Origin: Octopus sinensis | Lineage: Eukaryota | Length of the DNA: 64,000 bases | Direction of reading: 5' to 3' | Assembly: GCF_006345805.1 (NCBI RefSeq) | Contig: NC_043022.1 | Coordinates: forward strand, 10,726,001 to 10,790,000 | In this document: in pieces, positions 41,390-54,209 of the stretch | Layout: every line of letters starts with the position of its first letter | Numbering within the stretch: the stretch's first letter is position 1 | Made by a program: the position numbers and the translations under genes | Notes under the pieces: generated by a model | Told to the model about the DNA's origin: nothing | Seen by the model: only the letters and a program-made list of their open reading frames with translations | The model's database searches: none

Positions 41390-42125
41390 TTTACAGTAGG
41401 ATGGCCTTCCAGCTGACAATATTCATGCAGGTCTCATTTTTTGCAAGTGAGCATGCGTTTCAGCTAGTTAATTGCAGTAAACCTCTGCTGTATTGCTCTG
41501 ATTGGCTTCCAGAAAGCTGTAATGGACAACACCAATTGCAGACTACTAGAAAGTCACCATAATCTTTTGCTGATGCAACTTAGGCTTTGGGAAATGTTGG
41601 GGGCGGGGGCATCATGATCAAGCCATTGACCTGATTGTTTACGGTTATCATAAAGGATCCACTTTTCGTCCCAAGTGACTATTCAGTCAAGTAAAGGACC
41701 GTTGGTGTTTCGCAGAAAGAGCATCAAGCACACTTCAAAATGCTGAATTTTTGATTTTCATTGAGCTCATGCGGTACCCATTTATCGAGCTTATTCACCT
41801 TACCAATCTTCTGCAGATTGCGTGAGACTGTTGCAATACCGACACCAAGTGCCTGAGACATTTCTCTGACACTTTGATGTGGGTTTTGTTCAACAATTGC
41901 ATTCAGTTGTTCATTGTCAAGACTGTATGACCGTCCTCTACCTTCTTCATCTTCAGGGCTCTCATCACCACTCCAGAATTTCTGAAACCACCTTCGTACT
42001 GTGTGATCACCTGGGGGTCACTCTCCCCATGCTCTGTTGATATTGGTAGCAGTTTGGAAGGCATTGTGCCCAAGCTTGAACTCATGCAATAAAAGTAAGT
42101 GAAGGTTCTTTTTTGTCATGTTCAT
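41390..42125 (-). pseudogene. Mariner transposase relic (N-terminal HTH to the first catalytic D), frameshifted
   Basis: MTKKNLHLLLLHEFKLGHNA..NINRAWG..RWFQKFRSGDESPEDEEGRGR..LDKWVPHELNENQK..TWDEKWILYDNRK. Confidence 0.85.
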
Positions 42126-42229
42126 AATTAAGGGGCCCCTATGCTTCAAGAATGTTTCCTGTCTGAAATAAGTAGAAAATTATTAAAGAGCATACATCAA
42201 TTGCATAAAAGAAAATGCAGGAGGATCAG

Positions 42230-42720
42230 TTAATTGTGATTTTATTCAACATATTCCCCTCTCAGATTCACACAGTTATTGCAAAGGTCCTTCAGTTTTA
42301 CTAAGCCCTGTAAAAGAACTTGGAAGTTTGGGCCTCCAACCAAGCCTTTCGCAATACCCTTAAAGCCAGGAACTTTTTAGCATCTCCTTGTATGTGGTAT
42401 AGACATTCAAACATTGTTCTATCTTTCCAAATCTTACAACATTTCACATGGATTTTTGGTCCTCAAAAGTCATTTTGGTGTATCAGTCAACCTGCCTTTT
42501 TCTTTTTGGCTGTAAATTTTGGTCTGAAAAATTCAATTTGTATGCTGGAAAATAAGGTAGCTTTTGCACCAAAATCTTTCTTTTAACACTTTTAGCATTT
42601 TGGTTGTTTTACCTTGACAGAACATCGCTTGGACGGCTGTCCATTTTTGCTCTTTTTGAACAGACTTACCAATGGTATTTTTTACTCTCTTTCATTTAGT
42701 CTCTATACAAGGCATGCTAT
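42230..42720 (-). mobile_element. Fragments of another mariner family (5' and 3' ends)
   Basis: Minus-strand ..GLVKLKDLCNNCVNLRGEYVE* type 3' end; the same 3' end occurs on the plus strand at 10533-10605. Confidence 0.55.
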
Positions 42721-42929
42721 AGTTGAACGAACCACCAAATGGCATTATCTCTTTCCTGCCAAGTCATGCATGTTAATAACACTATTTACAATTGACTTCC
42801 ATAAACACAAGCATATGCATAATATTTTCTATATAAATATGTTCGAAGCCATTAAACCAGCAACAAACAAAAGAATGCAAGATAGCCAGAGGTTGCACAC
42901 ACCATAAATTTCAAACAAGCATATCCTCC

Positions 42930-43400
42930 CCCCTACTGTAGTTATATACATATGTAAATTCACATGGTGATGTGCTTACATTATATGTCCGTATTGATTA
43001 TGTGTAAGTAATATGCAAAATATGTCTCTGTAGTCTGTTCAGTTGAGTTACGTGTGTGAATCTTGATAATTCACATCCATTCAGCGAGAGCAGACTTGTC
43101 ATTCCTGTGGATAATGGCTTGAATATCATTGTCATCGTTGAAGTAAACATATTACTGTTTAGGTAAGTGAAGTGTAATACGCTTGATAGGTCGATGGATA
43201 TAAATCATGTAATTTAAACGCAAACATCCTCCTCGAGGCTACCTTTGATGTTGTTGCACAGTGGCCATTGTGATTGTAAATAGTTTGATTCACTTCAAAC
43301 CTGATTTGTTTATGACGACATCTTGCCTTCCTCAGTGTTGGAATCATTGTAGTAATGGAAGAAATGGAAATCATGTTTATGAATCAAAAACTTGTATTTA
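42930..43400 (-). pseudogene. Second, older Helitron Rep fragment (region after the Y2 motif)
   Basis: Across frameshifts and stops: SRRMFAFKLHDLYPS..LHLPKQ*YVYFNDDNDIQAIIHRNDKSALAEW..RTYNVS, matching the Helitron WRIFxF.LH..YP.V..L.VHL...Q.VYF pattern. Confidence 0.65.
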
Positions 43401-44254
43401 TAACAATTCATTTATGATGTTTTGTGACACCTTCAGTATAACATATAACACCTTCAGTGTTATATGTTAAATCGAATCCCCATTGTCTGATTCCAGACTG
43501 AAATAGTAGTGGAAACTGAAACTAGTTTATAAATTAGGGCATCCAGCTGTAGAAACATTGCCAAATCAGACTAGAGCCTGGTGCAGCCTCCATGGCTTCC
43601 AGACCCCAGTCGAACCATCCAACACATGCTAGCATGGAAAACGGATGTTAAATGATGATGAGGATATATGCTTGCATGGGTGAGAAGGGATTTTGTTGAG
43701 GAAAATTTTCTGTGGTGGGATACCCTTCCTGTCACCAACCTTCACCTGTTTCCAAGTAAGATAATATTTTCCCATAACCAGACGTTTTCATAGAAAACTG
43801 GGATTGAAAAACACCTCTTGTATGACAGTGACATTTGTTTACAACTTGTAAACTTGTCCTTTGCGGTCATCTGATGAGAACAATTTTTTTTGTAATGATG
43901 TAATGCTTGCATTGACTAATCACTCGAAATGGCTGTATTGAATTGACACTGGGTAACATTGAAATATGTTACCCATTTATATTTTACTCACCTACCCTGG
44001 AATCTGCACTTCAGCAGTATTTGGAAAGTATCTTTATATAGTGAACAAACAAAAGTGGATTTATTCACTAAGTTGGATCATACCATTTGCATTCACTGCA
44101 TAAATATCAGGTAAAAAAATTCTATGTAGAGTTTGATATTCATCTAATATTGTTTGAGTGTACAAGTTAGTTTGTGTTAACACGGTACCTCAGTTTAAGT
44201 ACCTAATTCAACTGAATCTAAATTACATTTTGTGTGTGTATATATATATATATA

Positions 44255-46621
44255 CATAATACAAATAAGAAAATGGGGGAACAGATTCATTTAAATCATC
44301 ATCATCATCATTTAGCGTCCGTTTTCCATGCTAGCATGGGTTGGACGGTTCAACTGGGGTCTGTGAAGCCGGAAGGCTTCATCAGGCCCAGTCAGATCTG
44401 GCAGTGTTTCTACGGCTGGATGCCCTTCCTAATGCCAACCACTCCGTGAGTGTAGTGGGTGCTTTTTACGTGCCACCCGCACAGGTGCCAGACAGAGCTG
44501 GCAAACGGCCACGAACGGATGGTGCTGTTACGTGCCACCGGCACGGGGCCTGGCGAGCCTGGCAATGGACACGAGCGGATGGTGCTTTTACGTGCCACCG
44601 GTACGGGGGCCAGGCGAGGCTGGCAGCGGACACGAACGGATGGTGCTTTTACATGCCACCGGCACGGAGGCTAGACGGGGCGGTGCCGGCAACGACCATG
44701 ATCGGATGGTTCGCTTAACCCCAGCTGCAATTTCCACTGATATTGATCGACCTCAATTTTGGTTCTGCTTTCTGATATCTGATTTGATTTGGTTTGATTT
44801 TGATTTTGCTTTTGACTGTTCTCACTGGTCTTGCCGGGTCTTCTCACGCACAGCATAGTTCCATAGGTCTCGGTCTCTAGTCATTTTCTTGGTGAGACCT
44901 AAAGTTCGGAGGTTGTGCTTCACCACCTCGTCCCAGGTTTTCCTGGGTCTACTTCTTCCACAGGTCCCCTCAACTGCCAGGGTGTGGCACTTTTTCACAC
45001 ACCTATCTTCATCCATTCTCGCCACATGACCATACCAGCGCAATCGTCTCTCTTGCACACAACAACTGATGCTTCTTAGGTCCAACTTTTCTCTCAAGGT
45101 ACTTACACTCTGTCGATTATGAACACTGACATTACACATCCAACGGAGCATACTAGCTTCATTTCTTGCGAGCTTACGCAAATCCTCAGCAGTTACAGCC
45201 CAAGTTTCACTACCATGTAGCATGGCTGTATGTACACATGTATCATACAGTCTGCCTTTTACTTTGAGCGAGAGGCCTTTTGTCACCAGCAGGGGTAAGA
45301 GCTCTCTAAACTTTGCCCAGGCTATTCTTACTCTAGCAGTTACACTTTCAGCACACCCGCCCCCGCTACTGACTTGGTCACCTAGGTAGCGGAAGCTATC
45401 AACTACTTCTAGTTTTTCTCCCTGGAACGTGGTAGAAGTTGGTCTCTGCATATTTTCAGAGTTTATTGCTCCTGAGCATCTGCCACAGATAAAAACTATT
45501 TTCCTAGTTAGTCTTCCTTTGACATTACTACATCTCTTATGTGTCCATAGCTTACATTTGGTGCATCTTATAGAGTTTCTACCTACGCCTTTTCTACAGA
45601 TCGAGCAGGGCCATCTACCTGAAGGTGTTTGTGATTGGTCTACCTTCCTACTTATTAGGACTTTGGTTTTGGCTAGGTTGATTCTAAGGCCCTTTGATTC
45701 TAAACCTTGCTTCCACACCTGAAACTTCTCCTCCAGTTCTGATAGAGACTCAGCAATTAGAGCAAGGTCATCAGCATAGAGGAGCTCCCAGGGGCATCCT
45801 GTCTTGAGTTCCTCCGTTATTGCCTGGAGGACTATGATAAATAGGAGGGGACCGAGAACTGAACCTTGGTGGACCCCAACCTCTACCTTGAATTCTTCAC
45901 TGTACTCGATGCCAACCCTCACCTTACTAGCAGCGTCTCTGTACATGGCTTGTACAGCTCTCACTAACCATTCATCTATCCCCAGTTCCCTCATTGACCA
46001 CCAACCAGATAAGGGATCGGGGGACCCTGTCGAAGGCTTTCTCCATATCAACAAAAGCCAGGTATAGGGGCTTGTCTTTGGCTAGGTATTTCTCCTGCAG
46101 CTGTCTTACCAGGAAAATAGCATCAGTAGTACTTTTCCCTGGCATGAACCCAAACTGCATCTGATCTAAGCTAACTCTCTCTCTAATTAGTTGGGCTATA
46201 ACCCTCTCTGTAACCTTCATTACCTGATCCAGCAGCTTGATACCCCTGTAGTTATTTGTATCTAGGGCGTCACCTTTACCTTTGTAGAAGTTGACTATTA
46301 TGCTGCTACACCAGTCATTGGGTATGACTCCTTCGTGTATCACCTGGTTAACTATACGGGTAACTAGGCTATAGCCGACACTACCAGATATTTTGAGCAC
46401 CTCTGCAGTAATTCCTGATGGGCCTGGGGCTTTCCCTGTTTTCATGCTTGTAATTGCCTTAACTACTAAGGAGCTGTCAACTCGGATTGACAGGAACATC
46501 CAAATCCAACAAAACAAAACAATATGTAAGATAATGTAGTTAATAAATTATATGAATTGGTAATATCTGTAAGTCGATGATTGAAATGAATCTGTTCCCC
46601 CATTTTCTTATTTGTATTATG
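44255..46621. repeat. 46-bp inverted repeats (one mismatch) enclosing the RTE LINE
   Basis: cataatacaaataagaaaatgggggaacagattcatttaaatcatc (44255-44300) vs gatgattgaaatgaatctgttcccccattttcttatttgtattatg (46576-46621). Confidence 0.85.
44297..46487 (-). mobile_element. Young 5'-truncated RTE-clade LINE (RT domain, C-terminus, 3' UTR, (GAT)n tail)
   Basis: KAPGPSGITAEVLK..NYRGIKLL..QFGFMPGKSTTDAIF..FVDMEKAFDRVPR, a 4-bp insertion frameshift near 46000, then an open frame ..GVHQGSVLGPLLF..LLYADDLAL..C-x2-C zinc motifs..RLRWYGHVARM..TW.EVV. Confidence 0.95.
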
Positions 46622-46779
46622 AATTTGAGGTAAAATATTTTACCTTCGCCCATCTAATACAATAAATGAATTAATTGCATTGCAATTATAAGCATTTATG
46701 TATTTGCTATTTGGGTGCTTCACCAGCAGTATATTGGATAACTGATATCCCATAGTGGGTTACACTCATAATTCCTATC

Positions 46780-46829
46780 ACACTTTGTACTTATATATGT
46801 ATATATACACATATATATGCTTATATGTA

Positions 46830-46873
<44 letters not shown>

Positions 46874-46902
46874 CATGTACATACTTACATATATATGTAT
46901 AT

Positions 46903-46936
<34 letters not shown>

Positions 46937-46989
46937 ACATACATGTACATACTTATATATATATACATTATATATATATTATATATATA

Positions 46990-47020
<31 letters not shown>

Positions 47021-47184
47021 GATATATATATATACATACTTATATATATATATATATATATACATACTTATATATATATATATTATATATACATATATAT
47101 ATATATATATAACATACTATATATATATATTATACATATATATATATAATTATATATATATATATATATACATACTATATATAT

Positions 47185-47216
<32 letters not shown>

Positions 47217-47545
47217 CATACTTATATATATATATATATATACATAATATATATATATAGATATATATACATATAATATATATATATATACTTATATATA
47301 TATTATATATATATACATACTTATATATATATATATATATACATACTTATATATATATATGTATATACATACTTATATATATATATGTATATACATACTT
47401 ATATATATATATGTATATACATACTTATATATATATATATACATAACTTATATATATATATATACACATACTTATATATATATATATATACACATACATA
47501 TATGTACATATATATACATACATACATGTACATACCTACATATAT
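46780..47545. repeat. (TA)n-CATACT compound minisatellite
   Basis: Seen directly. Confidence 0.9.
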
Positions 47546-47958
47546 ATGTATATATGGGTACAGGACATCAAAAAAATGTAAGCAACATGAAAAATGAGAA
47601 CATGAATTACAAAACATGGAAAACAAACTTTTTTTGAACAACAAAAGAGACAAATAGAAAAATGAGACAGGCAACATAAGGAACAATCCCTCCATCAGTT
47701 GTCCCCTATTTTATCTACTCCTCATTGTGTGTGTCTGTGTGTATATATACACACACACAAACATACATTATATGGGTGATATTTTTACCTGTGTCGTTAC
47801 AATCATATCTGATTCTTCAAGTGCTTCAATTCTGTGTATGTACATATATTTACTGGACTACTGACATTTATTAAGGGTTTCCCCCCCATTGAGTTGATGT
47901 GCCATTTACTATCATTAATAAAGCTGTCTACATTTTTGTCAACACAGGTATGCTAGTA

Positions 47959-48361
47959 CTTACTTACTTGTACTTGTGGCGACATTCACCCTGGGCGGGT
48001 TGAGTCGGCTTCTTCTACCACCCTTGAGGCATCTCGAAGAAGTTGTTAGAAGTTTTGTGGGAATATGTGGATTTCACAAGCGGTCCCCAACAATCCCACA
48101 TGTAGAGACATCCTGTTTGCCTCAGATTGTCTGCAGACGCAGGGACAGAACGACCAAGGAGCTGCCGGTTGCCAAAACAGACACTCCGAGGATTTTCACC
48201 AGAGCCCCATCTGCCGGGTTGTGACCCTAATACCACTCGGTGTCAGACCAATCTGCCTTGGGTGGCCCTACCAGGAACCGAAGTTCCCGACGGCATACTA
48301 CTGACACTACCCGTTTCCAGCGTCCCCACCACGGTGAGGAGGGGATGGACTTTGGGGATGC
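47959..48361 (-). mobile_element. Bipartite non-autonomous RTE derivative (5' UTR fused to 3' end) with (GTAA)n tail and 9-bp TSD
   Basis: atgctagta at 47950-47958 and 48358-48366; Expander/Rex3-like 5' motif tatgccgtcggg..cctggtagggccacccaaggc; 3' end ..caagtacaagtaagtaagta. Confidence 0.7.
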
Positions 48362-48362
48362 T
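48203..48362 (-). ncRNA. Candidate HDV-like ribozyme at the 5' end of the RTE derivative
   Basis: Hand-folded nested double pseudoknot: P1 AGCATCCCCA/TGGGGACGCT, L3 TCCTCACC, P1.1 GG, P4 CGGGT/ACCCG, J4/2 G-C(48213)-AGA, P2 AGTCCA/TGGGGCT. Helix lengths are non-standard and P1, P2 and P3 each have a defect. Confidence 0.35.
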
Positions 48363-49069
48363 AGTATATATATTTAATGCACTTCTTTTACTTTTCATCT
48401 ATGAAATTCTCTCACAAGGCTTTGGTTGGCATGGGGACATAGCAGAAGATACCCAAGGGGTTATGCAGTGGGGTTGGACCTGGAACTATGTGGTTGAGAA
48501 GCAAACTCGTTACCACACTTGTATTGATATTGTAGACTGATAATGTAATGTAGTCTGAAAAAAATGTGATGTTGTCACATGTTGATGATGGTAATGATGA
48601 TGATTTGAAGAATGTGATTTTGCAATCCATGACAAAGTAGCTAAATTTAGAGAATAAAAGAAATTTGTTTCATAAATAATGTGTTTTATTAACAAATGAG
48701 TTATTATTAGAAAAACAAGCAAGCAGACACGAAATGCTTTATGGTAATTTGATTCTGTAAACAGAAATTATTTTATTAATAAATATAATATTTTGGCTTT
48801 TAACACAGAGCCAAATGTTTGAGACAATGTTGAGAAACTATGGATGATTTTGATATAGAAGAGGTTAGGTATGGTGTTTGCAAGGTGTATTTCTAACATG
48901 TAGCATGACAACTGAGGTATCTGTTTCTGTGTTTATAATACCCAAAAGAGCTATGAAGTACTTTGATTTGATGGGAAGTAGTTGCTATTTCTAGCTTGCT
49001 GTGGGACCAGAATTTGTAATATATACATATTATATAATGTTTTGGAAATGGAAAACAGATTTCGAATTT

Positions 49070-50272
49070 TGGTACAAGGCCAGCAATTTCAAGGGAGTGG
49101 GTGAGTCGATTACATCAACCCTAGTGCTCAATTGGTGCTTATTTGATCAGCCCTAAAAGGATGAAAAGCAAAGTTGACCTTGGTGGAATTTGAACTCACA
49201 ATGTAAAGACAGACGAAAGGCTGTTAAGCATTTTGCCTGGTGTGTTAACAATTCTGCCAACTCACCACCTTAGATTTATTTATTGATATAACATGCACCA
49301 GTTAAGCAATAGACTGGCAGGGCCATCGTATCAGCATTCTGGCCCCGTGGTAAGCAGTGTACTGCAGTTTATGATATTGATTTCAAATTTTGGCACAAAG
49401 CCGTCAATTTTGGGAAAGGGGCTAGTTGATTGCATTGGTTCTAATGCTCAACTGGTATTAATTTTATTGACCCTGAAAGGAATTTGAATTCAAAATGTGA
49501 AAATGGACGGAATACTGCTAAGCATTTTTCCTAGCATACTAATGGTTCTTCCAACTCACTGCCTTATAACATTTATTTATTGACCATAACATGCACTAAT
49601 TAAGGCAGTAGGCTGGCAGGGTCGTCATATCAACATGCTGGTCCCCTGGTAAGCAATGTACTAGGGTTTATAATACTGGTTTCAAATTTTGGCACAAAGC
49701 CAGCAGTTTCGGGTGAGAGGGCTGGTTAGTTACATCAACTCTAATGCTCAACTGGTATTTATTTTATCAACCCTGAAAGAAAGAAAGGCAAAGTTGACCT
49801 TGAATTCATAACAAGAAGATGGATGAAATGATGCCAAACATTTTGGCCAGCTTGTTAATGATTCTTATTTCTTTACTGCCCACAAGGGGCTAAACGTAGA
49901 GGGAAGAAACAAGGACAGAAAAAAGGATTAAGTCAATTACAATGATTCCAGTGCGTAACTGGTACTTAATTTATCAACCCCGAAAGGATGAAAGGCAAAG
50001 TTGACCTCGACAGAATTTGAACTCAGAATGTAATGGCAGACGAAATATCTGTTTCTTTACTACCCACAAGGGGCTAAACACAGAGGGGACAAACAAGGAC
50101 AGACAAACAGATTAAGTCGATTACATCGACCCCAGTGTGTTATTTAATCGACCCCGAAAGGATGAAAGGCAAAGTCGACCATGGCGGAATTTGAACTCAG
50201 AACGTAACGGCAGACGAAATACCACTAAGCATTTTACCCGGCGTGCTAACATTTCTGCCAGCTTGCCACCTT
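49070..50272 (-). mobile_element. Cluster of family 2 SINEs including a trimer at 49660-50272
   Basis: Repeated core and tails; the youngest units are at 49862-50272. Confidence 0.8.
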
Positions 50273-51139
50273 AGGAAATGGAATACATTGAAGTAACAGC
50301 TAAAGGGACATAGGTGGAGCATACTGGTAAGGGTTAGCATGCATATGGAATAGCAAATGCAGAGAGTGTATACTTGGATTGTGCAATTGTTTTAGAATGA
50401 TTTTCGTCTTGGTCAATCAAAACTTGCAACATCGACTTCCATTCAAATATGGCTCAGGCTCTTCAACAGTTTCCATTTCATTTTGTATGGAACTCTTTCT
50501 GCTTTTAATTGCCATGACTGTAATTTACTTTACGCTAATTAGTTGGGTGACTTTGATGTGTTCTAGAATATCTGTGTGTGTACAGCAGCAACAACACCAG
50601 CCCAAATGTGGGATCAACATTCCATTGTATTGCTTCAGTTTTATGGAATATCTGTAATTGTTGGGTTGCAGAGTCCTGGGGTCACTTTGTTCAACTAAAG
50701 GCAGTGCTCCAGCATGGCTACAGTCAAATAACTGAAACAAGAATAAAAGACTAAAAGAAAATATTTTAACTCCACTTTCTCTTATATTTGTGGTCCTTTC
50801 TCATTTTTTTATAGAAATTTAGTAACTACCTCCTTCCCTCTCTTCCCTTCATTCACATGCACACTTAGATGCATGTGTGGCCCAGTGGTTAAGAAGCTCA
50901 TTTGGCAATTGTGGTTCCAGGTTCAGTTCCATTGTGTGGCATTTTGGTTAAGAGTCTTCTATTATAGATTGAGGCCGACTAATGCATTGTGAATGTCTTG
51001 GTATCTGGAAACTGTGTTGAAGCTTGCCATATACATATATATATATATATTTAATTAGAGGTTAGAATAGCCTCATTAAGGGACAATGCAGTATATGGGG
51101 ATCGGACAATAAGCGTAAGCCAGTGTCAACTGTGGTTCC

Positions 51140-51741
51140 AGAAATTCTGAGCCATAAACTACAGCCTAGAGGATGAGCCTCATCCTGGAAGATCTGTAGA
51201 CCTCAATGAAGACATCCTGCAAACCCCTGGTGGAACAAAATGCCATTGTAACTGTTGAGGAATTAGCAGAGAAGCTTGGATTTGGTCATTCAAGCAGTCA
51301 CTCAAGTCAGTGCTAGAAGAAATATGACCATCTTTGGTTTCAAGATGAAAAGTGTTCTTCAATCAGGATAATGCTCGGCGACATACAGTGAAGATGACAT
51401 TCCAAAGGCTGAAGCAGTTTGAATGGGAAATGATACCCCCACCCACCTTATTTGCTGGACATTGCCCCATCCGACTATCATTCATTCTGCAGTCTTCAAA
51501 ATCATTTGGATGGAAAAAATATGAATTCTGTAGATGACGTCAGAACAGTACTGGAAGAGTATTTTTCATGATGGACAAGTGAATTTTGGAAGAGGGGCCT
51601 TGCAAGTCTACCAGATAGATGGAAGAGCATTGTAGAAAATGAGGGAGAGTATATTTTAGATTAAAAAAGAACTTTGTCGATCTTAATTTTGAAAAATAAA
51701 AGAAGTATAAAAAACCGCATTATTTATGGGATGACCCAATA
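51140..51741 (+). mobile_element. Internally deleted mariner, same family as 22376-23541, with 3' TIR
   Basis: LEDEPHPGRSVDLNED..; FNQDNARRHT..DIAPSDY..; TIR aaaaccgcattatttatgggatgacccaata ending at 51741. Confidence 0.88.
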
Positions 51742-53809
51742 ATTTAAATTCACCCTAATTGAATTATTCTAAATGACACGAGATACTCGTTCTGGCTTGG
51801 TTTTGATTTTTCCTCTAATATGATACACACACACACACACACAGGTGCACACATAATTGCAAAACAAGGTGAAAAAGTAGTACTTGAATACCAAACGTAG
51901 AGTAATATACTTTTATTAAAGCTGTAAAATTATCACAAAACTGTTACTCAGAGTTTCATGTTTCTGTTTGTCGGTCATATATATCAGTATTGGTGTTATG
52001 AAGAAACCTAACCAAAATAAACAATGAAACCTGGTGCAGGTCCCGGCCCTACCAGCTCCAGTCAAACCATCCAACCCATGCCAGCATGGAAAATGTATAT
52101 TAAATAATTATAATGATTATATATATCATCATCGTTTAACGTCCGTTTTCCATGCTAGCATGGGTTGGACAGTTCAACCAGGGTCTGGGAAGCCAGGACG
52201 CTGCACCAGGCTCCAGTCTGATCTGGCAGTGTTTCTACAGCTGGATGCCCTTCCTAACACCAGCCACTCCGTGAGTGTAGTGGGTGCTTTTTACGTGCCA
52301 GAAGAGGCTGGCAGTGGCCACGATCGGTTGGTGCTTTTTACCTGCCATGGGCTGGATGGTTTGACAGGAGCTGGCTAGTTGAAGAGCTGCCTGGGCTCCA
52401 TGTCTGTTTTAGCTTGGTTTCTACAGCTGGAAGTCCTTCCTAACACTATCCACTTTACAAAATATACTGGGTGCCTTTCATGTAGCACCAGTACCCACAA
52501 GCCCACAAGATTAGGGATGCTCAGCAGAAGTGGGCTGCAGGGGACAAGCCTGTATGCCAGGACAACCATGACTTTATTTAGCTTGACATGTCTTCTCAAT
52601 TACAACAGACCACCAGGAGTCTTGGTCCCTGTCATCCCCTCTGGTTGGACGTGCTCAGTTCATGACAGTTTTATCCTTCAGGTTTTGCTTCTTATTATTA
52701 ATCACATTAAACTTTCATTATTGCATGATCACACAGGGTCCTGTATAGTCCTGTATTAAACTCTTTCCATCATATATTGTCCACCTTTTGTCGTCTATAC
52801 TGTGTACATGCTTGAAGCTTACTAACTTTCTATAACAGCATCTTTCACATTGTACTGCCTTATCTATCTATCTATGTATCTGTCAGTCTGTCTCTCTCTC
52901 ATGAACCTAATCTTGTTTCTTACTTTTTAAAAAAAAATTTCTTTCTGTGATACATGATCCCTTTTGATCGCTTTTTTTTTTCTGATCCTTTTTGATCAGA
53001 ATTTTACATTTGTTTCCTTTTTTCTCCTTTTTCTTTCCCATTTTCAAAAAGAAAAGCTCTACATTTGTATTTGTCCCCTCTGTGTTCAGCCCTGTGTGGC
53101 CAATAAAGAAAGTTATCTATCTATAATAATAATAATAATAAAAGCAAAATTCTGTCTGTCCATCTGGAACCCCTGTATCTCAGCCAACATTTGCTCTACA
53201 TAGACATTTTATACCTTTTTGGAATCAGGAGGATCCCAGGATAGAAAATTTGCCCTTCATTTGGTTCTTGAACAGCCAACATTGAGATCTGATTTTAAAG
53301 CATTTGGGTTGCTATTTCTAGCAGGTAAAACTTGGCTGATTCATACCATCTTGGTGGCGTTTTATCAGAAGATGTCAGAGATCAAGGAGGAGATAGATGA
53401 CATTCACTTTATTAATTTTACTTTGATAAGAATTTTGGGACAAATTGGCCAACAGTTTGAATTCAACTTGGGACTGGAACAATAGAATGATTGCATTAAA
53501 GAATTAATTCTCATCTGTCCTTAACCTCTGATCAAACACCACCAGGGCATATAGCCATTATACATGGACCATAGTCATTCTATTTAGCTCACTTTAGTTT
53601 TGGGTCACCTGGTGACTAGGTGAGCAGGCCAACATTACCCCTTGATTGAAAGGGGGGACTGGAGCAACGTGAGATGAAGTGTTTTGCTCAAGAACACAAC
53701 GCGACACCCAGTCTGGGAATCAAACTCATGACTTGTACATCATAAATGCAACAGCTTAACCACTAGGCCATGCGCCTTCACACACACACATATATCTATA
53801 TTTATATAC

Positions 53810-53909
<100 letters not shown>

Positions 53910-53913
53910 ATAT

Positions 53914-53958
<45 letters not shown>

Positions 53959-53975
53959 CGGAGATGTACTTGCAG

Positions 53976-54156
53976 CGTGGAAGGTGTTTATAAGCCATTT
54001 AAGAAACACACAAAACCGAGATGCAGCACGAAGCTTTGTCAGTGAACAAGTCGCGGTCTCAAAGCAACGAAAGTATTTTGACAAATTAAATTTATATGTT
54101 GAAGTGAATCGAACGGTTTTGTGTGTTTCTTAAATGGCTTATAAACACCTTCCACG
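53976..54156. mobile_element. Inverted-repeat element with 43-bp perfect TIRs in (TA)n
   Basis: 53976-54018 is the exact reverse complement of 54114-54156. Confidence 0.8.
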
Positions 54157-54165
54157 TTACAATTG

Positions 54166-54204
<39 letters not shown>

Positions 54205-54209
<5 letters not shown>

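Noticed and set aside
43084-43162. Plus-strand exon ending in a strong TAG|GTAAGT donor
   Set aside because: The segment is better explained as the antisense of a Helitron Rep fragment, though exonisation cannot be excluded.
43868-43950. Second hammerhead (CTGATGAG..CTCGAAA)
   Set aside because: Stem II supports only two pairs, and I could not form stems I and III.
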